Below, piece by piece: positions 59,745 to 64,000 of a stretch of 64,000 nucleotides of DNA. This stretch comes from an uncultured cyanobacterium (GTDB taxonomy: Bacteria > Cyanobacteriota > Cyanobacteriia > Cyanobacteriales > Nostocaceae), in the NCBI GenBank assembly GCA_963740315.1, contig CAVUDP010000002.1, positions 3,552,001 through 3,616,000 on the forward strand, read 5' to 3'. The position numbers and the translations under genes were made by a program. The notes under the pieces were generated by a model. That model did no database searches. It saw nothing but the letters and a program-made list of their open reading frames with translations, and was not told where the DNA came from. Within the stretch, counting starts at the first letter, position 1; every line of letters starts with the position of its first letter.

Positions 59745-60164
59745 TTATTTAATCAAAACCGCATCACCCTCAATCTTGACTGCGTAGGTTTTTAAAGGTG
59801 CTGTAGCTGGTGCAGTTTGAACTTTCCCATCAACGCCAAATTCAGAACCATGACAGGGACAGACAAATTTACTGGTATCGCTTTTCCATTCCACCGTACA
59901 ACCTGCATGGGTACAGGTAGGGTTAACCGCAACTAACTGATTGGGAAGCGAAGTTTTAACTACTAATACTTCTCCAACAGACGTATTTTTTGCAAGCAAC
60001 TTACTATTCGTATTTAATTCAGAAGAGGTGCCAATTTTTTGCCATTCTTGAGATTTGCTCGATGTTTGGTTTGTTTCCTTTGAAGAACAAGCTGCAATAG
60101 CGACGGGTAAACAACTGGCTATCCAGCCAACACCAACCCAATTTAAGAAGTTACGACGGTTCAT
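59745..60164 (-). CDS. Small Rieske 2Fe-2S protein with Tat/lipoprotein signal (PetC3-like)
   Basis: NRRNFL twin-arginine, IAAC lipobox-like, CTHAGC and CPCHGS. Confidence 0.9.
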   Translation of the reverse strand: MNRRNFLNWVGVGWIASCLPVAIAACSSKETNQTSSKSQEWQKIGTSSELNTNSKLLAKNTSVGEVLVVKTSLPNQLVAVNPTCTHAGCTVEWKSDTSKFVCPCHGSEFGVDGKVQTAPATAPLKTYAVKIEGDAVLIK

Positions 60165-60366
60165 GTTTGTAAATTTTTTTGTTTGACGTAAGGAACAAGT
60201 TGTGTAATCGCAAGCAGTCTTTAAAGTTATTTAATTAATGTACCAATGATTGTTTATAGTTATAAATGTCGAATTCTTATTTACTCCTTACTTTTACTTG
60301 ACTGTATTTATTCTCACAGGTTGAATCACGTTTATTTATAACAATATTTGTTACGAGGGATGAACT

Positions 60367-60825
60367 ATGAGAAGTTTATTTAGACAAATTCGCAAGTATG
60401 TTAAAAACGAGAATTTCTTACATGGAATTGAAAACATTGAAGAAATAGTTGCAAAGGTGCTATCAATGACGATGATAGCAATAATATTTATTGCGATTAT
60501 AGATTTAATATTTTATACCATCAATAAATTATTAATTTGGGATATAAACGAAACGAGCTTTAATGACAATTTATTTAAAACGTTTGGACTGTTTTTAAAT
60601 ATTTTAATTGCTTTAGAAATATTAGAAAACATTACTGCTTATTTGAGAAAACACGTTATTCATGTTGAATTAGTAATTGCTACCTCCTTAATTGCTGTAG
60701 CTAGAAAAATTATTATATTAGATTTAAAGAACACGGACGGAATGCAAGTTATTGGTTTAGGAGTTGCAGTTTTTGCTTTATCAATCAGCTATTGGATTAT
60801 CAGAAGCAGCCACCGTAGAAATTAA
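60367..60825 (+). CDS. PsiE-family membrane protein
   Basis: LIALEILENIT.YL...VIATSLIAVARKIII. Confidence 0.85.
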   Translation: MRSLFRQIRKYVKNENFLHGIENIEEIVAKVLSMTMIAIIFIAIIDLIFYTINKLLIWDINETSFNDNLFKTFGLFLNILIALEILENITAYLRKHVIHVELVIATSLIAVARKIIILDLKNTDGMQVIGLGVAVFALSISYWIIRSSHRRN

Positions 60826-60839
60826 TTATTTTGCATACT

Positions 60840-61727
60840 TCAATTAACAGATATAACCATCCCTTCATGAGCTAAAAATGCTTTATCAAAGTCTGATTTA
60901 AGCGCTACTTTGAGTTTATCTAAAAAATCATCGCTATCGTTTGGATGATGATTGGAAAATACGAGTTTTTTTACCCCCGTTTTACGGGCTAAATTTACAG
61001 CAATTTTCCAATAAGAATCAATTGGTGTTTGCGAGTCACGTAAATCAGAGGTAATGTAGCTAGGATTCGCAATCAGCAAGTCTACTCCTTGAGTTAACTC
61101 GATCAAGTCTTCTAAATCATCTATTTCGGACTGTAAATCGGTGATGTAAGCAACGCTATATTCTTTCCATGTAATCCTATAGCCAATGGACTTCTGAATA
61201 TTATTGATTAATGCCATTTGTACCGTTACATCATCTATGGCTACCAATTTATCTGGAGTCAAATTATTAAATTGCAGTTGTGACTGCATGGCTTGTAAGG
61301 GGTAAGGAAAATGCGGTAATAGCATCTGATCGCAAAGTGTTTGCTTAATTGATGCACCATTAGAAGCGGCTGTACCGTAAATATGTAAGCAGTTTTGAGG
61401 TGCAAATGCAGGAGCAAAGAAGGGAAAACCCTGAATGCGGTTTGTTTGAGCGTTGGTAAAAAATAAGTGGGCTACTAATTCTTGCTGTTGTTGCAGCCAG
61501 CTTTTTCCCAACACTCGCAATCCTGTACCGCCATCGAAAATCAAATTCTTTCCCCCAACCTGCATTTCTACACAAGCTGTATTACCTCCATAAAGATTAG
61601 TTTCTTCACCTGGAGTCGGAATTAAACCCCGCACGCCCCAAAATTTTACTAAAAAGTCGGCTTGCTTGGAGTAATTTTCTGCCAAGCTTTTGTATTCAGG
61701 ATAAGGCAACGGTTCGATGTTTGACAT
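60840..61727 (-). CDS. Metallo-beta-lactamase-fold protein with degenerate metal site
   Basis: FWGVRG, YGGNTACV and DGGTG are present, but the HxHxDH position reads TNAQTNR before IQGFPFF. Confidence 0.8.
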   Translation of the reverse strand: MSNIEPLPYPEYKSLAENYSKQADFLVKFWGVRGLIPTPGEETNLYGGNTACVEMQVGGKNLIFDGGTGLRVLGKSWLQQQQELVAHLFFTNAQTNRIQGFPFFAPAFAPQNCLHIYGTAASNGASIKQTLCDQMLLPHFPYPLQAMQSQLQFNNLTPDKLVAIDDVTVQMALINNIQKSIGYRITWKEYSVAYITDLQSEIDDLEDLIELTQGVDLLIANPSYITSDLRDSQTPIDSYWKIAVNLARKTGVKKLVFSNHHPNDSDDFLDKLKVALKSDFDKAFLAHEGMVISVN

Positions 61728-61732
61728 TTTTG

Positions 61733-62122
61733 CTACATAATTGTCTTGCCGAGCAGATCGTCGTAGTGCCGCACTTCTAACAATTTGTTTTTGTCGTCTA
61801 CGATGACAACTGTCGGAGAGAAACTTTCGATTTCTTCCGGAGTAAACTGCCCGTAAGACATTATAATCAAGCGGTCCCCTTTAATGCCCAAACGTGCCGC
61901 AGCCCCATTTAGCTCAATGGCTCCCGAATTTGCTACTCCCGGTATTGTATAAGTAATAAAGCGCTCGCCATTGTTTACGTTCACCACTTGTACCTGCTCG
62001 TAAGGTAAAATCCCAGATTTCTCCAAAAGCATTTGGTCTATGGTAATACTACCCACATAATTGGGGTTAACTTCGGTGAGAATACAGTTGTGAATTTTTG
62101 CTAAAAGAAGCGTGCGGTGCAT
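61733..62122 (-). CDS. panD: Aspartate 1-decarboxylase
   Basis: [11 protein letters not shown] (G-S self-cleavage site), NGERF.TY and LNGAAAR motifs. Confidence 0.96.
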   Translation of the reverse strand: MHRTLLLAKIHNCILTEVNPNYVGSITIDQMLLEKSGILPYEQVQVVNVNNGERFITYTIPGVANSGAIELNGAAARLGIKGDRLIIMSYGQFTPEEIESFSPTVVIVDDKNKLLEVRHYDDLLGKTIM

Positions 62123-62199
62123 TGGGCAATTAAATTTTTTGAGAGAGGATTTAAAGTTAAACTTTTTGTCGCTGCTTGAATTGAACTAGTATCTTTTGA

Positions 62200-62712
62200 T
62201 TATTTAGAGCCTGCTTTGATGCATTGTTCTACTAGAGGCGCTACCTTATCAACATCTTGCCAACCAAGAATCTCGGTGACTTTTTTCTCTAAGTTTTTGT
62301 AACTGCGGAAAAACTCGGCAATTTCATCAAGTTTATGGGGAGCTAAGTCTTTAAGAGATTTAACGTTAACATAACGCGGATCTTTATCGGGAACGCAAAG
62401 AATTTTTTCATCGCGATCGCCACCGTCAATCATTTCTAACATCCCGATGGGTCGCGCTGCAATTACACAACCGGGGAAGGTTGGCTCGTCCATTATTACC
62501 ATACCATCAAGGGGGTCGCCATCATCAGCCAAAGTATTGGGTATAAAACCGTAGTCATAGGGATATTGAACTGATGAATAAAGTACCCTATCTAAGGCAA
62601 AAGCTTGTAAATCCTTGTCAAATTCGTATTTATTTTTACTTCCGCCGGTAATTTCAATCAAAACGTTTATTAAACCGGGTTTTGGCTGGGCTGGGATAAT
62701 GGATAAGTCCAC
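62200..62712 (-). CDS. ppa: Inorganic pyrophosphatase (family I)
   Basis: [23 protein letters not shown] and FF..YK.LE motifs; GTG start with AGGAG RBS. Confidence 0.97.
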   Translation of the reverse strand: MDLSIIPAQPKPGLINVLIEITGGSKNKYEFDKDLQAFALDRVLYSSVQYPYDYGFIPNTLADDGDPLDGMVIMDEPTFPGCVIAARPIGMLEMIDGGDRDEKILCVPDKDPRYVNVKSLKDLAPHKLDEIAEFFRSYKNLEKKVTEILGWQDVDKVAPLVEQCIKAGSK

Positions 62713-62934
62713 AGATTTACTCCTAAAGTCATTAATTTTCGGTGAGAGTTTGGAGGCTCCCCGTGTAGAATTTTAGGTCAATATGGACTCATCCCAAAGT
62801 ATTTGTCCCCCCTAACGGTTAAGTTTATAAAATTTAATCGTGAAAATAAACGGAGTTAGCTAAGTCAGCAGGGGAAGAAAAAAGTCTTATAATCAATAAT
62901 TTTAGTACTGACGCACTATTTTTAATTAAAAACA

Positions 62935-63156
62935 AATAAAGATGCCAATATCAACATGGCATCTTTAGTATCTAAATTAAAACTGGCTCATTCGAGATGG
63001 GTGTTTGAAAAACAGCTTTGAGCAAAGACTCTATTAGTTTCACCCATATTAGAGTATTTGAACGGTGATGCTTGACTCAACTGATTCAAACAACACCCTT
63101 CACTCAGAATAGAACATAGTTGAATTTAGCGAATATTCGCAAAAATCTTTTTCTCA
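62935..63156 (-). ncRNA. Candidate structured small RNA
   Basis: Minus-strand TATAAT at 63168-63163; long imperfect hairpin at 62990-63110; terminator-like hairpin TAAAGATGCCA/TGGCATCTTTA (62937-62967) with U-rich tail. Confidence 0.4.
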
Positions 63157-63228
63157 TACTCAATTATAAGTAGAGGGGCAACATCACTTAAGACGGTGAT
63201 TTGCTTCTATTAATTGCTGCAAACCGAG

Positions 63229-63495
63229 TTAATTTTTCTTCAACAAACGCGAAGCGTCCTTATTCATTTTATAAAGGGATGAAATTTCACTTTTTATTAA
63301 TTGTGTATCATTGTCAGTTCTTTGCAAGTTGTAGGTTAATGGTTGCCGCATATTCTGAACGCTGCTTGAAGAGTAATGACCAATTACAAACATCGGTAAC
63401 GTCAGAGTTAACATAGCAATCGCTGTTCCTACAACGTCTGCCAAACGTTGGGAAGGTAATTCCTCAGAATTGGCAGGCTGACTATTTGAATCCAT
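63229..63495 (-). CDS. Small single-TM hypothetical protein
   Basis: RLADVVGTAIAMLTLTLP.FVI.HYSS pattern; a hairpin follows at 63171-63209. Confidence 0.65.
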   Translation of the reverse strand: MDSNSQPANSEELPSQRLADVVGTAIAMLTLTLPMFVIGHYSSSSVQNMRQPLTYNLQRTDNDTQLIKSEISSLYKMNKDASRLLKKN

Positions 63496-64000
63496 ATAAA
63501 TTATTTAGCTCTTTACTTCACTAGTTGCTACAACACTCAAAACCTGAGAGTGTTGCTATTATTTTAGCTTTTTTTTTGACCGTAAACTATCTATTCTTTA
63601 ATAATTTAAATCAGTTTTGGAAGTTACTTTATATATTTCTTTATACCTGAAACTGTTGATACCAAGTAATACAGGAATATATCGTTTAAATCCTTGTAAC
63701 TAATCTCGCATTCTACTTGCGTATTCGCCGTTCATATTACAGGTTACATTGATTAAATATTATGCAAAAAAAAATACATCTTCTCTATCTGTTAATATTA
63801 ACTTTAAATCTTTTCGGGGTCAATATCATCTTCCTTTCGGATGAAAAAGCAAGTCATGGTAAGGTTTTTATGCTTTTTTAAGAGATAATTATTTCTTAAA
63901 AGTTATTGAGTATACTTTAGATTATTTTCTCTAACATCAGTAATTTCACCCAAGCAGGAATTATTGAGAATACGCTTTTATTCAAATAGGTCAACAATAA

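Overview
AT-rich chromosomal window from a heterocyst-forming cyanobacterium (Nostocales, probably Rivularia/Calothrix-like; inferred from abundant HIP1 GCGATCGC octamers, heptameric STRR repeats and gene content). It is mostly core genome: the 3' end of pex, ccb1, sdhA, def, recJ, ctpB, ndhM, ntcB-cnaT, panD and ppa. Accessory patches include an RTX/cadherin adhesin-esterase, a DUF433/DUF5615 toxin-antitoxin pair, a SUKH-like protein, a single-chain R-M enzyme and several gene relics. There is no rRNA, tRNA, CRISPR array or transposase. Two systems stand out. (1) A four-gene phospho-proteolysis module at 49877-56640: membrane PP2C phosphatase (PrpJ-like), CHAT/HetF-like protease fused to FHA, a 216-aa protein that looks like a remote PatU3 paralogue, and an FHA-PrsW intramembrane protease. 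It may be a second HetF/PatU3-type protease-substrate pair gated by Thr phosphorylation. (2) A tightly coupled operon at 32565-35523 encoding a double-domain KaiC-like ATPase, an atypical receiver and a pseudo-receiver histidine kinase, with no kaiA/kaiB in the window. Also seen: four ECF-type promoter motifs before paired envelope genes, a class II NtcA promoter at ntcB, a candidate structured sRNA upstream of ppa, and nested very small dispersed repeats. All family assignments come from motif recognition and memory, not database searches.
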